From NCBI GenBank assembly GCA_016432625.1, contig CP066697.1, positions 671,951 through 735,950 on the forward strand: a DNA stretch of 64,000 nucleotides. The letters run 5' to 3'. Below, one piece after another: positions 17,904 through 27,229 of this stretch (positions within the stretch are counted from its first letter, which is position 1; each line of letters starts with the position of its first letter). Source of the DNA: Candidatus Berkelbacteria bacterium. GTDB lineage: Bacteria; Patescibacteriota; UBA1384; 2-12-FULL-50-11. The notes under the pieces were generated by a model. The model saw nothing but the letters and a program-made list of their open reading frames with translations, did no database searches and was not told where the DNA came from. The position numbers were made by a program, and so were the translations under genes.

Positions 17904-18128
17904 TCACTTAGGTTGTTTCGGACGTGAGGGTATCCAGGTGAGGACATAGCGACCAAGGCGTGTTGAGCGAAAAAGTAATACGCCAACCGTAAGGACAACG
18001 ACGCACATGCCCGCGTCCAGCCATCGATGATCAGCCAGCATCAGCGGCAAACCGTCGATAATGAATACCCCGTAGGAGATGAGAATCAGCCAAGCCAGGC
18101 CAACGGCGAGAAAATGCGGACGTTTCAT
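17904..18128 (-). CDS. Small hypothetical membrane protein (about 75 aa from the internal Met)
   Basis: Two predicted TM segments ('FLAVGLAWLILISYGVFII', 'GMCVVVLTVGVLLF'). A hairpin gccccgcc...ggcggggc lies downstream at 17860-17885. Confidence 0.35.
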   Translation of the reverse strand: MKRPHFLAVGLAWLILISYGVFIIDGLPLMLADHRWLDAGMCVVVLTVGVLLFRSTRLGRYVLTWIPSRPKQPK

Positions 18129-18211
18129 GATATTTGCTCCGCCTAAGCGGTCCAACGAAGTATAGGTATCAAAACCTGACAAATCAATGCGCGAAGATCG
18201 TTTGGCTCCGT

Positions 18212-18856
18212 TTAAGCGGGGAGTTCAACTGGGTTGGCACACGGACAGTCACGGTCCCAATTTGGCTTCACGGAGAATTGCCAAGGAATTGCATCCTTGC
18301 AGATCAAAATCCACTGGTCGGCCTTGTTTTTTACGCCAGACTCATATTGGCCGCTTAGACGCCACGGGAAGGTCTCGCTCTCTACTTCACAGTCTTCGTT
18401 GACTCGGTAGATTGTCATATCACCTTCATACTTCCAGGTAACCCTCGTGTTTCCACTAACGGTTCCCTTCTCAACGGTGATGTCGAACATGCCCGTGAAG
18501 ATAACTTGAAAGATACTGCAGTTACCGTTATTGAATATGTCGTCAAAGCGCTCCTGGATTTTTTTCCTGATCTCTTCGAGCACCCCCGAAGAACAGCCCT
18601 GAGACAACGTCACTTTAGTCGGACCAGTCTTCTTGAACGCTTCCACTCCGTTTTCCTGTATGGAGACTTGAATTATCGAGTTGACAGCGGTCCCTAGCTC
18701 AGTTGAGGGAGCAAATTCTTCAGGCGGCGCAACTAGGGGGAGGGTGGCGCTGTCAGCAGCCTCGTAATTGAACCAGTTTTTTACAGGGAAATACGAGCCA
18801 ACTAGTAAGCCTACTATTAACCCAATGACTAGGAAAATAACCTGGGCCCTTTTCAT
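18212..18856 (-). CDS. Hypothetical secreted/membrane-anchored protein (214 aa, several Cys)
   Basis: N-terminal signal/anchor 'MKRAQVIFLVIGLIVGLLVGS'. No recognisable domain. Confidence 0.5.
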   Translation of the reverse strand: MKRAQVIFLVIGLIVGLLVGSYFPVKNWFNYEAADSATLPLVAPPEEFAPSTELGTAVNSIIQVSIQENGVEAFKKTGPTKVTLSQGCSSGVLEEIRKKIQERFDDIFNNGNCSIFQVIFTGMFDITVEKGTVSGNTRVTWKYEGDMTIYRVNEDCEVESETFPWRLSGQYESGVKNKADQWILICKDAIPWQFSVKPNWDRDCPCANPVELPA

Positions 18857-18939
18857 GAGTCAATGGTAGCGCTTTGCACTTTTACTGGCAACGATTAAGA
18901 CTGTGTCCCGCCATTAATGACGGGACACTTATCTATGGG

Positions 18940-19578
18940 TCAGTTGCTGGCCAGCTGAAGCCTGGCCGAGTTGACCGGCAAATCCTGGGACTTGGGCTTG
19001 TGGTAGACCGTAGCATACGACGGGCTGAACTTGGCCACTAGCGAAGATCCGCCGTCGAAGTGGATTATCGTGCCGAAACCCCACTGCTTAGCCACCCTCA
19101 GACACCGTGAGGCTGTTCCGACCATCTCGAAATGGAAGTAGAAACCATTCTTTACGGCCCAGAACTGGCGAGCTAATCGTTCGCTTGGCTTTGGCGGGTT
19201 TTTCATACCCGCTTCGGCAGACATGACGTTAGTCAGGTCTTTGATTGCCTTGATGTTCGCGACGATTTCGACCTTCCCATCCCAGTGCGAAACCAGGATC
19301 GGACGGTTAAAGCGCGAAGGGATACGAACTTTGCCATCAAGAATCCAGAGATCAACACCGTGGAAAAGCTTGCGGCCGTTAACAGTCTTGCGGCCGAAGA
19401 AGCCGGCAACGGATACTCGCTTGGCCTTGGTATTGTTTCTAACCCAGGCCTCACTTTTACCGCCGACAAAGTGACGAAAGATGAGGATATCTACCCCCAT
19501 CCGGTACTTCTGGACCCGAAGCGCGTGCGCGCAGACCGGGAGAAGAAATAGGCACAGGAACAGCGACGCGTAGCGCAT
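18940..19578 (-). CDS. Secreted protein, possibly phosphodiester glycosidase (NAGPA-like) family
   Basis: Signal peptide 'MRYASLFLCLFLLPVCAHA'. Motifs 'VAGFFGRK' and C-terminal 'IIHFDGGSS' resemble that family. This is a weak assignment. Confidence 0.4.
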   Translation of the reverse strand: MRYASLFLCLFLLPVCAHALRVQKYRMGVDILIFRHFVGGKSEAWVRNNTKAKRVSVAGFFGRKTVNGRKLFHGVDLWILDGKVRIPSRFNRPILVSHWDGKVEIVANIKAIKDLTNVMSAEAGMKNPPKPSERLARQFWAVKNGFYFHFEMVGTASRCLRVAKQWGFGTIIHFDGGSSLVAKFSPSYATVYHKPKSQDLPVNSARLQLASN

Positions 19579-19682
19579 AACAACCTCCGTGTTCGCCCAA
19601 ATTGTGAAGAGCGTGTAAGGAAAACCGTACGCCGGTGCGTAGGTGACTGCAAGCGGGTTATTTCAGGTACAATCTTCCTGTA

Positions 19683-20663
19683 ATGGCAAAGCGTTTAGTC
19701 AGCGGCATCCAACCGACTGGCGTTCTACACATCGGCAACTATCTGGGCGCTATCAAGCAGTGGGTCGAGTTGCAGGACGACTATGACGCCTATTTTTTCA
19801 TCGTCGATTATCACGCCTTAACCCAGCGCCCGAAAGCCGCCGAGCTACGTCAAAATGTCCTCTCGACGGCGGCGATGCTGGTGGCACTCGGGATCGACCC
19901 GAAATCGGCTAGCTTATTCGTCCAATCCCAAGTGCCGGAGCACGCCGAGCTTTGCTGGCTCCTGATGAGCCTGACTTCTGTCGGGGCGCTCTCAAGAATG
20001 ACGCAGTACAAAGAAAAGTCCGATCGTCACGGCCAGAACGCGGGGCTGTTTGCTTATCCGGTGTTAATGGCCGCCGATATATTGATCTATCGACCAGAGA
20101 TCGTGCCAGTCGGCGAGGATCAAGCTCAGCACGTCGAATTAACGAGAGACATCGTCGAAACCCTTAATAACCTTTACGGCCAAACGTTAGCGCAACCAAA
20201 AGTTCAATTAAATAAAGCTGGCCGAGTCATGGCCTTAAACAACCCGACAAAGAAAATGTCCAAATCCGTCCCGGGTAGCGCCATAACGCTGCTCGACGAG
20301 CCGAGTGTCGTTGAGCAGACGCTCAAGCGAGCCGTAACCGACTCTGACCCCAACTACAGCCAAATGAGTCCTGGGGTAGCCAATCTTTTCCTACTGCTTG
20401 AAAACTTCAGCGAGCCTGAAACGTATCTGCACTTCGAAGAGCAGCAGAAGAAAGGCACCTTGCGTTACACCGAGCTGAAGGAACAATTAACCGAGGACAT
20501 CAACGCCTTTTTGGCGCCGGTGCAGAAAACCTATCACGCCCTCATGGACGATCCCGCAAAAATCCGACGGCTGCTGGAAGAGGGCGCCGGCAAAGCCCGT
20601 CCCGTAGCCCAAGAGACGCTCCTGGTCGTCAAAAAAGCGCTTGGCCTCAACCTCAACGATTGA
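19683..20663 (+). CDS. trpS: Tryptophan--tRNA ligase
   Basis: Class I motifs 'HIGN' (GIQPTGVLHIGNYLG) and 'KMSKS' (KMSKSVPGS). 326 aa. A TACAAT -10 box sits 9 nt upstream of the ATG. Confidence 0.95.
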   Translation: MAKRLVSGIQPTGVLHIGNYLGAIKQWVELQDDYDAYFFIVDYHALTQRPKAAELRQNVLSTAAMLVALGIDPKSASLFVQSQVPEHAELCWLLMSLTSVGALSRMTQYKEKSDRHGQNAGLFAYPVLMAADILIYRPEIVPVGEDQAQHVELTRDIVETLNNLYGQTLAQPKVQLNKAGRVMALNNPTKKMSKSVPGSAITLLDEPSVVEQTLKRAVTDSDPNYSQMSPGVANLFLLLENFSEPETYLHFEEQQKKGTLRYTELKEQLTEDINAFLAPVQKTYHALMDDPAKIRRLLEEGAGKARPVAQETLLVVKKALGLNLND

Positions 20664-20689
20664 CCTAATAGGTTAAAGAAACTACAATA

Positions 20690-21067
20690 GTGGCGTCTTT
20701 ATCCGAAAGACAATTCACGGAGGAAGCCTTGTCGTACAACTCACATGACGAGAACAAAGCTGCTCGCTACCGGCGAGACACAACCAGCCTGGCGGCGCTC
20801 AACGAGCGACCCAGAAAACCCAGCCAGCTGCCCTTTGACGATCTGGATATGAAGCACCGATGCTTCTTCTGCCCTGAGGGGGAGGAGACGGTCGTCAATG
20901 GGGCCTTTCTGGAAGAAGAACGGTTCGTTTACGTCGCCGAAGGAGCGGTCGGCAACAGCGAACCTTTCCTGAACGCGGTCTGCCGGCCTTGCGCCGATAC
21001 ATCGCCGTTCTGTGAGGTCTTCAGGCTGCCGCTCGGCAGAACCAAACGACCAAAGTCGGGAAAATAA
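20690..21067 (+). CDS. Hypothetical Cys-rich small protein (125 aa, GTG start)
   Basis: Cys pairs 'CFFCPEG' and 'CRPCADTSPFC' suggest metal binding. No clear RBS. A terminator follows. Confidence 0.3.
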   Translation: MASLSERQFTEEALSYNSHDENKAARYRRDTTSLAALNERPRKPSQLPFDDLDMKHRCFFCPEGEETVVNGAFLEEERFVYVAEGAVGNSEPFLNAVCRPCADTSPFCEVFRLPLGRTKRPKSGK

Positions 21068-21093
21068 CGGCTAGTTCTCACATTCGTCACTCT

Positions 21094-21128
21094 GACCCCT
21101 CGCCACACCGCGAGGGGTCCCGTCTTTT
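21094..21128 (+). terminator. Rho-independent terminator (trpS operon)
   Basis: Stem gacccctcgc / gcgaggggtc (10 bp), loop cacacc, followed by CCGTCTTTT. Confidence 0.55.
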
Positions 21129-22497
21129 AACTGGCAAATGTCTCGATCAGTTGTCGTAATTCAGCAGACTTTTCCGAACAGAGCTGCTCATTATCTTTGG
21201 CTTCAACATTCAGGCGCAGGAGCGGTTCGGTGTTACTGGAGCGTAAGTTGAAGCGCCAAGTGCCAAAACTTACAGAGAGGCCGTCGGTTCGATCGATTAC
21301 GCCGTCTTGGTACTTCTTCTCAATTTCCGCTAACGCAGTTGGTACGTCTGTGACTTTAAAGTTAATTTCGCCTGAGACAAAGTACTTGTCTCTTAACGTA
21401 CGCGCAATCTCGGAAACTTTTTTTCCGGGGTTAGCGGCAATGATATTCAGCATCAGCAGGAACGGGATAATGCCGTTGTCGGCAAAAAAGAAGTCGCGGA
21501 AGTAAAAGTGGCCGCTCATCTCGCCGGCAAACAGGGCGTCTTCGCTTTTCATGCGGTTTTTGATAAATCCGTGACCCGTTTTATTTAAAACAGGTACGCC
21601 ACCGTTCGCCTTGATCGTTTCCTCGGCGGCCCAAATATTGCGCGGCTCGTAAATTATTTTTTCGCCCGGATGCTTCTGGAGTAAGTGCCCAGCAAGAAGT
21701 GCGGTGAGGTGGCAACCCTCGATAAAAAGGCCGTTCTCATCAGCAATGTAGCAGCGGTCACCATCAGCATCCCAGGCCACCGCCATATCAGCACCAGAAT
21801 TGATAACTAGCTGGCTGGTCTCGGCGCGGTTTTCTGGGATCAGAGGATCGGGCCGGCCTTTAGGGAAACTACCGTCTGGCTCAAAATTAAGTTTAATAAG
21901 TTCGATCGCTTCCGACATCCCAAGTCGATCAATTAACTTTTCAACAAACGCGCCAGTAGCGCCAAAGTTGTTATTCGCCACCAACTTGAGCGTAGTGAGC
22001 GTCTCAAAATCGGTAAACGTAGCCAGGAAATCTAAATAATCCTCACTTATATCCCGCGAGTGTACTTCGCCCTCATTCTCGCCAGAAAGATCTTGATTGC
22101 CCGTGGCGAGTGCTTGAATTTCCTTCAGACCGGTATCGCCAGAAATAGCGGCCGCGCCAGCAGCGATAATCTTCAGGCCGTTATATTCGGCCGGGTTGTG
22201 TGAAGCGGAAACCTGAATACCGCCGTCGTAATGGTAGTAGCCAACGGCGAAATACAAGCTGTCGGTGGAGCCCACGCCGATATCGACAACGTTAACGCCA
22301 GCTTCGATTAGGCCGTCGATGACGGCTTTTTGTAGGACCGGGCCACTTGTGCGGACGTCCCGGCCAACCGCCACCACTTTCGGCTTCAAAAAGGCCGCGT
22401 ACGCCTGGGCGATGCGCTTAACGGCGGCTTCGTTGATTTGCCCTGGGTAGATACCGCGAACGTCGTAGGCTTTAAAGATTGTCCGGTCGAATTCCAT
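21127..22497 (-). CDS. Phosphomannomutase/phosphoglucomutase (alpha-D-phosphohexomutase family)
   Basis: Active-site loop 'VSASHNPAEYNGLKI'. 456 aa. A TAAAAT -10 lies 7 nt upstream of the ATG, a leaderless-type arrangement. Confidence 0.9.
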   Translation of the reverse strand: MEFDRTIFKAYDVRGIYPGQINEAAVKRIAQAYAAFLKPKVVAVGRDVRTSGPVLQKAVIDGLIEAGVNVVDIGVGSTDSLYFAVGYYHYDGGIQVSASHNPAEYNGLKIIAAGAAAISGDTGLKEIQALATGNQDLSGENEGEVHSRDISEDYLDFLATFTDFETLTTLKLVANNNFGATGAFVEKLIDRLGMSEAIELIKLNFEPDGSFPKGRPDPLIPENRAETSQLVINSGADMAVAWDADGDRCYIADENGLFIEGCHLTALLAGHLLQKHPGEKIIYEPRNIWAAEETIKANGGVPVLNKTGHGFIKNRMKSEDALFAGEMSGHFYFRDFFFADNGIIPFLLMLNIIAANPGKKVSEIARTLRDKYFVSGEINFKVTDVPTALAEIEKKYQDGVIDRTDGLSVSFGTWRFNLRSSNTEPLLRLNVEAKDNEQLCSEKSAELRQLIETFAS

Positions 22498-22521
22498 TGA
22501 GGAAATTTTAACCCGTTTTCA

Positions 22522-22560
22522 GGGGTAAAAGAAGAGCCCCCGCACGATTGTACGGGGGAC
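22522..22560 (-). terminator. Rho-independent terminator downstream of the HhH-protein gene
   Basis: On the minus strand: cccccgtacaatcgtgcggggg hairpin followed by CTCTTCTTTT. Confidence 0.45.
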
Positions 22561-22587
22561 TCAAGGACGGACAAAGAGGGCGCGACT

Positions 22588-23283
22588 CTAGGTGAACAGT
22601 ACCAGCTGTTGGGGCTTACGAGCTCGAAGCTTCTTGTCTCCTACAGCCGTGACGATTTTGGTCGCCGTTTTCTTCGCTATGCCGGGAATTTGTTCCAACC
22701 CCCTGCTACCAGCGATCTGGATCTGGCGATCGGACCGGATTCCGGCCTTACGCATCTTCTTTACCTCGCTGAGCTTGCGCGCCAGCAAGGCGTTGGAATT
22801 GCGGACGCCGTCCCGTTTGTCCTCCTCGACCCAACCCATACGGGTTCGGACCTCGGTCGGTCCGGCCTGGTAGTAGCTAAGCAAGGTGGCGTAGATCTGC
22901 TTGTCGAGCTTCTCCAACACCTGCCTCTCGGTCGCCGACGGCCCTAAGGCTTCGGCGATCTTTTCTCGCTGCTTTAACCAGTACTCGCGCTCCCGCTGGG
23001 CGGGGACCATATTGCGAAGAAGCAGACCCCAGTCGTTGGTCGGGGCGTCACGGCGGTCGCCGTTACCGAATAGATAGTAGGCGGTGACAACCGCTTGTTT
23101 GACGTGGGGCCAACCCTTAAAGAGCTGGCGTCGGTTGACGAGAAAGAAGCTCTGCTCCTGGCGGAACTTCTCGATTGCGGATAGCTCAGTTGCAGCCACA
23201 TAGCACCTCTTTGTCCTGATTGTCGTGCTCTCGGTTGAGAGCGGGTACAAAACGTTAAAAAACCATAGCACAAACAGGTTCAA
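22588..23283 (-). CDS. Hypothetical protein with C-terminal helix-hairpin-helix motif; N-terminal extent uncertain
   Basis: C-terminal 'GLEQIPGIAKKTATKIVTAVG' is HhH-like. The first about 25 residues of the ORF look non-coding. Confidence 0.35.
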   Translation of the reverse strand: MNLFVLWFFNVLYPLSTESTTIRTKRCYVAATELSAIEKFRQEQSFFLVNRRQLFKGWPHVKQAVVTAYYLFGNGDRRDAPTNDWGLLLRNMVPAQREREYWLKQREKIAEALGPSATERQVLEKLDKQIYATLLSYYQAGPTEVRTRMGWVEEDKRDGVRNSNALLARKLSEVKKMRKAGIRSDRQIQIAGSRGLEQIPGIAKKTATKIVTAVGDKKLRARKPQQLVLFT

Positions 23284-23342
23284 AAGTCAAGATTCAGGCC
23301 CTCTGTTTGACGAAAATGGCTCGGTAACGTAGGGTAGCTTAG

Positions 23343-25034
23343 ATGTCGGCGAAGTTCGTCTTCGTTACCGGCGGAGTCCTCTCTGGGGTGGGTAAAGGAA
23401 TTGTCGCCGCCTCTCTTGCTAACACTCTGAAAAATCGCGGCTACGAAGTTTTCCTGCAAAAATTTGACCCGTATTTAAACGTTGACGCCGGCACTCTGAA
23501 CCCCGCTGAGCACGGCGAGTGTTTCGTGACCGCTGATGGCGCCGAAACAGATCTAGATTTGGGCCACTACGAGCGTTTTCTTGATGTGGAGCTAACGCGC
23601 GACTCCTCTGTGATGAGCGGCGCAATTTACCGCAGTGTTATCGAGAAGGAACGCCAGGGCAAGTACCTGGGCAAAACTATCCAGGTCATCCCGCACGTCA
23701 CTAACGAGATCAAAGAGCGGCTTTACAGAGCGGCCGAGCAATCCGAGGCCGATATCCTGGTCATAGAAATCGGTGGCACTGTCGGTGACATTGAAGGCAG
23801 CCACTTCATTGAAGTAGCGCGTCAAGTCGCGTGGGAGAGAGGACGCAATAATGTCTTGTTCGTCCATGTCGGCTACTTACCATATCTAGACTCTTCGCAG
23901 GAGACAAAAACCAAGCCGATTCAAAACTCGATTATAGATTTAAGAGCGCGCGGTATTCAGCCAGATATCGTTTTCTGTCGTGCTGATCACCCAATCGACA
24001 GGCAACAGTTAAAAAAGATCGCACTTTTTGGCGGACTGCCCGAGGAGGCGGTTGTCGGCCTCGAGACGATTGATACTGTTTACGCCGTGCCGCTAGTGAT
24101 CGCTGCGCAAAAAGTTGACCGTTTAGTCCTGAATTATTTGAAGCTAAAGATCCCTCGACAGCGCAGCAACGACTGGGAGGCGCTTGTACGTCGCATTCGT
24201 CGGCGGCGCAAAACAACGCTTAAAATCGGCCTGGTCGGCAAGTATATGTCGATGAGCGATACCTACTTCTCGGTAATTGAGGCACTGAAGGCGGCCGGCT
24301 GGCAGTCGACCCACGGACTTTCTGTTGTGTTGATAGATAGCGAGCGAGTCGAGCAAGTCGGAACAACGCTTTTGGCGGACCTAGACGGAATCTGCGTCCC
24401 TGGTGGCTTTGGCAAGCGAGGGATCAAGGGGATGCTACTCGCGATCCAATACGCTCGGGAAAACCAGATTCCTTTCTTGGGTCTGTGTTTGGGAATGCAA
24501 CTCGCAACAATTGAATACGCTCGCAACGTCCTAGGGCTCGAGGAAGCTAATTCGACCGAATTTGATGGCAACGCTCGCGAGCCAGTAATCACGACGATGT
24601 CAGATCAAGTTAAAAAACTGGCTCACCTTGAGTATGGCGGCTCGATGAGGCTCGGCAATTACCCCTGTCGCTTGGCTCAGGGGACCAAGGCTCGGGAGCT
24701 GTACGGTAAGGCCTCAATTCAGGAACGACACCGTCACCGCTACGAGTTTAACAACGCCTACCGACCAGTTCTTGAGGAGGGGGGAGAGTTTATTGTAGCA
24801 GGTGTGAATAATGCGCTGGATCTTGTCGAGCTCATAGAGCTGAAAGACCATCCTTATTTCCTGGCCTGTCAGTTTCACCCAGAATTCCGGAGCCGCCCGT
24901 TGCGCCCACACCCGCTTTTTGTCGGTTTTGTTGAGGCTGCGGGAAGGTTCCACAAAGATAACGAACCCACCCAAAGATTGCCGTTACACTATCGGCAAGT
25001 ACCCGGTCGCACGCGAAAACGAAGTCAGGGCTGA
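23343..25034 (+). CDS. pyrG: CTP synthase
   Basis: N-terminus 'KFVFVTGGVLSGVGKGIVAASL'. C-terminal glutamine amidotransferase 'GLCLGMQLATIEYARNVLG'. 563 aa. Confidence 0.95.
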   Translation: MSAKFVFVTGGVLSGVGKGIVAASLANTLKNRGYEVFLQKFDPYLNVDAGTLNPAEHGECFVTADGAETDLDLGHYERFLDVELTRDSSVMSGAIYRSVIEKERQGKYLGKTIQVIPHVTNEIKERLYRAAEQSEADILVIEIGGTVGDIEGSHFIEVARQVAWERGRNNVLFVHVGYLPYLDSSQETKTKPIQNSIIDLRARGIQPDIVFCRADHPIDRQQLKKIALFGGLPEEAVVGLETIDTVYAVPLVIAAQKVDRLVLNYLKLKIPRQRSNDWEALVRRIRRRRKTTLKIGLVGKYMSMSDTYFSVIEALKAAGWQSTHGLSVVLIDSERVEQVGTTLLADLDGICVPGGFGKRGIKGMLLAIQYARENQIPFLGLCLGMQLATIEYARNVLGLEEANSTEFDGNAREPVITTMSDQVKKLAHLEYGGSMRLGNYPCRLAQGTKARELYGKASIQERHRHRYEFNNAYRPVLEEGGEFIVAGVNNALDLVELIELKDHPYFLACQFHPEFRSRPLRPHPLFVGFVEAAGRFHKDNEPTQRLPLHYRQVPGRTRKRSQG

Positions 25035-26884
25035 GGGGGTGGCGGTTCAACAGGTGGCGGACTCTCAGGTTGTTTTGTACCAACCAGGAATTTCGCCGCC
25101 CAGGGTTTGTAAACCGACTTGAATGTTTGTTTATTAATCACCTGGCCGTTACGGGTCACAGTGTAAGCCACCACGGCTGTTGCCCCCTCATGAGCCTTTT
25201 CGGTCTGCTTCACTTCGCCGACCATCAGAGTATCCGTCTCGGTGCGGACTTCCGGTGGTGGTGGCAAGACGTTAGTAACGATCGGCGTCGTAAGGCTTGA
25301 AACACGTCCATCCTTGGTTCCCCAGAGTTCAAAGATAACTTTGCTGCCAATAACTTGGCCTTGAACTAAAAGATAGTTGCCGGTGTCGTTAAGGAATTTG
25401 AAATCGGGCTTTGGCAGGTAAATTGTCGCATCCAGTCCAACCGGCGGCTCGTAATAAGACACTCGATATGAGTGGTTTTGGCGCTCCGTAACTTTTAGGC
25501 CAGCGTTCAGAACGGCTCGAAACAGAGTTGTTGAGACTTGGCAGAGGCCTCCACCGAATTCTGGGGTAGTCTTGTTCTCTTTGATCACCAGTTCCGGCAA
25601 GAAGCCGGTCGTACCGTCAACCGCCCCGAGCGTCTTGACCGTCGAGAACTCGTCGCCTGGTTTGACTAGCGTACTCTGCAATAGCCGCACGCCGTTGGCG
25701 ATATTGGCTCGGCGGTTAGCTGGTGAGCCGGCAAAGCTAGTCTCGCCAAGTCCGACGATCTCCTTAATCCCTAGCGAATCGAGGTTATTCTCAGTAATTA
25801 GTGGCTTTTGAGCTTTGAAGGTCAAACTAGCCTCGGTCGCGGTCGGATCGTTTAGCACTGCCAGAACAGTTTTGGCACTTACGTCGATATCCACTACTCG
25901 TCCCTCCGAGGCGCCCTCAAGAATTACCAATTTACCTTCTTTTATGCCGAGTTTTGGATCCTTGGCTGGTTGGTCGATCGATTCAGCCGACAGCTCCTGA
26001 AGATAGGACCGCGTTTTATTGTCGGTGAAACTGGCGCGCAAGACCTTCTTGCCAGAAAGTGAGCCTGGCTGTTGAACGCCGGTAAAGTCAACGAGTCGGT
26101 TAACGTCTCCTTTGTTTAAATCCTTGCGGCCGCCTTCCCAAACTAAGGTTATTTTCTTTGTTGCCAAACTCTCAGCAGCGGTTTTGAGCGCAACTTCGTC
26201 GTCAATAACGATACTAGGCTCAGCCTTTTGGCGAACCAGCTCGATTGGCTCAGTGCTGCCACTCGACCAACGATCGAGAATTTGGCCAAGGAGAGTTTCT
26301 TGGTTAATCGTCTCGCCTGATTTGGCGTGAGTGATGACTAACTTATCCCCCTCGAACTCAGCGCTGGCGTTCACGGCTGGTTCGTCGATCGACTCAGCGA
26401 TGCCGGAAAGGGTGGTCTTTAGGTAAGTCTCGTCGTACTCGGCCTGAACATAATGGTGGCGGCTGTAGAACGGCGCCGTAACCTGCTCGAGTAGACTTTG
26501 AGTCCAATCGGCCTGTCGTCCGACCTTGAAAATTGTCTCGGCGGTGCCTTTAGTGTCGGCCGACCAGTTCGCCTCTTTAGCTGAAACCGAATAGGTTTTG
26601 CCGGCGTAATTAAGATTTAGGGGTTGCGAGAGGGAAGATGAGACGACGGTATTTAAACGCTCCTCAACTGCTGACAGTTTCAGGCCGCTGTACTGTTGCG
26701 TCCCGACGAATACGTTAGGGTAAACCCGTCCCAAGAATATTAGACTGTAAGCCAGATACAGCAACGCCAACAGCGCTACGACTACTAGGCTTGCTACCGC
26801 GCTTCGCTTGGCTTTAGACCCTGAACGAAGCAGCTTGTCGAGCCACCTCAAGGAGAAGGGAACGGTAGTTGTTGTCGTGCTCAT
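25025..26884 (-). CDS. VanW-family protein (YoaR-like) with N-terminal TM, G5-like segment and Pro-rich C-terminus
   Basis: VanW core 'EFGGGLCQVSTTLFRAVLNAGLKVTERQNHSYRVSYYEPPVGLDATIY'. Its 3' end overlaps convergent pyrG by 10 nt. Confidence 0.8.
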   Translation of the reverse strand: MSTTTTTVPFSLRWLDKLLRSGSKAKRSAVASLVVVALLALLYLAYSLIFLGRVYPNVFVGTQQYSGLKLSAVEERLNTVVSSSLSQPLNLNYAGKTYSVSAKEANWSADTKGTAETIFKVGRQADWTQSLLEQVTAPFYSRHHYVQAEYDETYLKTTLSGIAESIDEPAVNASAEFEGDKLVITHAKSGETINQETLLGQILDRWSSGSTEPIELVRQKAEPSIVIDDEVALKTAAESLATKKITLVWEGGRKDLNKGDVNRLVDFTGVQQPGSLSGKKVLRASFTDNKTRSYLQELSAESIDQPAKDPKLGIKEGKLVILEGASEGRVVDIDVSAKTVLAVLNDPTATEASLTFKAQKPLITENNLDSLGIKEIVGLGETSFAGSPANRRANIANGVRLLQSTLVKPGDEFSTVKTLGAVDGTTGFLPELVIKENKTTPEFGGGLCQVSTTLFRAVLNAGLKVTERQNHSYRVSYYEPPVGLDATIYLPKPDFKFLNDTGNYLLVQGQVIGSKVIFELWGTKDGRVSSLTTPIVTNVLPPPPEVRTETDTLMVGEVKQTEKAHEGATAVVAYTVTRNGQVINKQTFKSVYKPWAAKFLVGTKQPESPPPVEPPPPQP

Positions 26885-26899
26885 GATACGTTATTGACT

Positions 26900-27124
26900 C
26901 TACTCGGCGCCCAAGATCTCTTCAAGCAGCGCCCGAGCAACATTCTCGCGACGCTTGCGCTCATTTTTTAGTAAGAAAAACTCGGCCGTTAGGACGTCAC
27001 CCTCTTTGCAGCTGGCGGGCATCATCGTCCGCGGGACGATCGCCTCGCCTTTTGGGCTTGTTAGTACCGCGTGGCCGTTCTCGAAGCGGTCGACAACCCA
27101 GTGGAACGGTTGTCGTTCAACCAT
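26900..27124 (-). CDS. DUF3006-family small protein
   Basis: 'VVDRFENGHAVLTSPKGEAIVPRTMMPASCKEGDVL' follows the DUF3006 pattern (xxDRFEGxxAVLE...P...KEGDVL). Confidence 0.55.
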   Translation of the reverse strand: MVERQPFHWVVDRFENGHAVLTSPKGEAIVPRTMMPASCKEGDVLTAEFFLLKNERKRRENVARALLEEILGAE

Positions 27125-27127
27125 AGC

Positions 27128-27229
27128 CTCAACGTATTACCAAGGCGATAATTAAAATCGCCACGATATTCGCAATCTTGATCAGCGGCTGCGCCTCAGA
27201 AAGCTCTCGATTTGATAAATCGCTCGCTA
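27128..27229 (-). other. In-frame duplicated remnant of the hppA 3' end (33 codons + TGA) immediately after the hppA stop
   Basis: Minus-strand translation is '[33 protein letters not shown]'. The real HppA C-terminus is '[21 protein letters not shown]'. The nucleotide sequences have diverged (about 60% identity). Confidence 0.5.

Noticed and set aside
22900-23283. N-terminal about 25 residues (MNLFVLWFFNVLYPLSTES...) of the HhH-protein ORF
   Set aside because: Hydrophobic and aromatic-rich, unlike the rest of the protein. This is probably translated promoter region. The true start is probably a downstream Met, so the gene is reported with low confidence.
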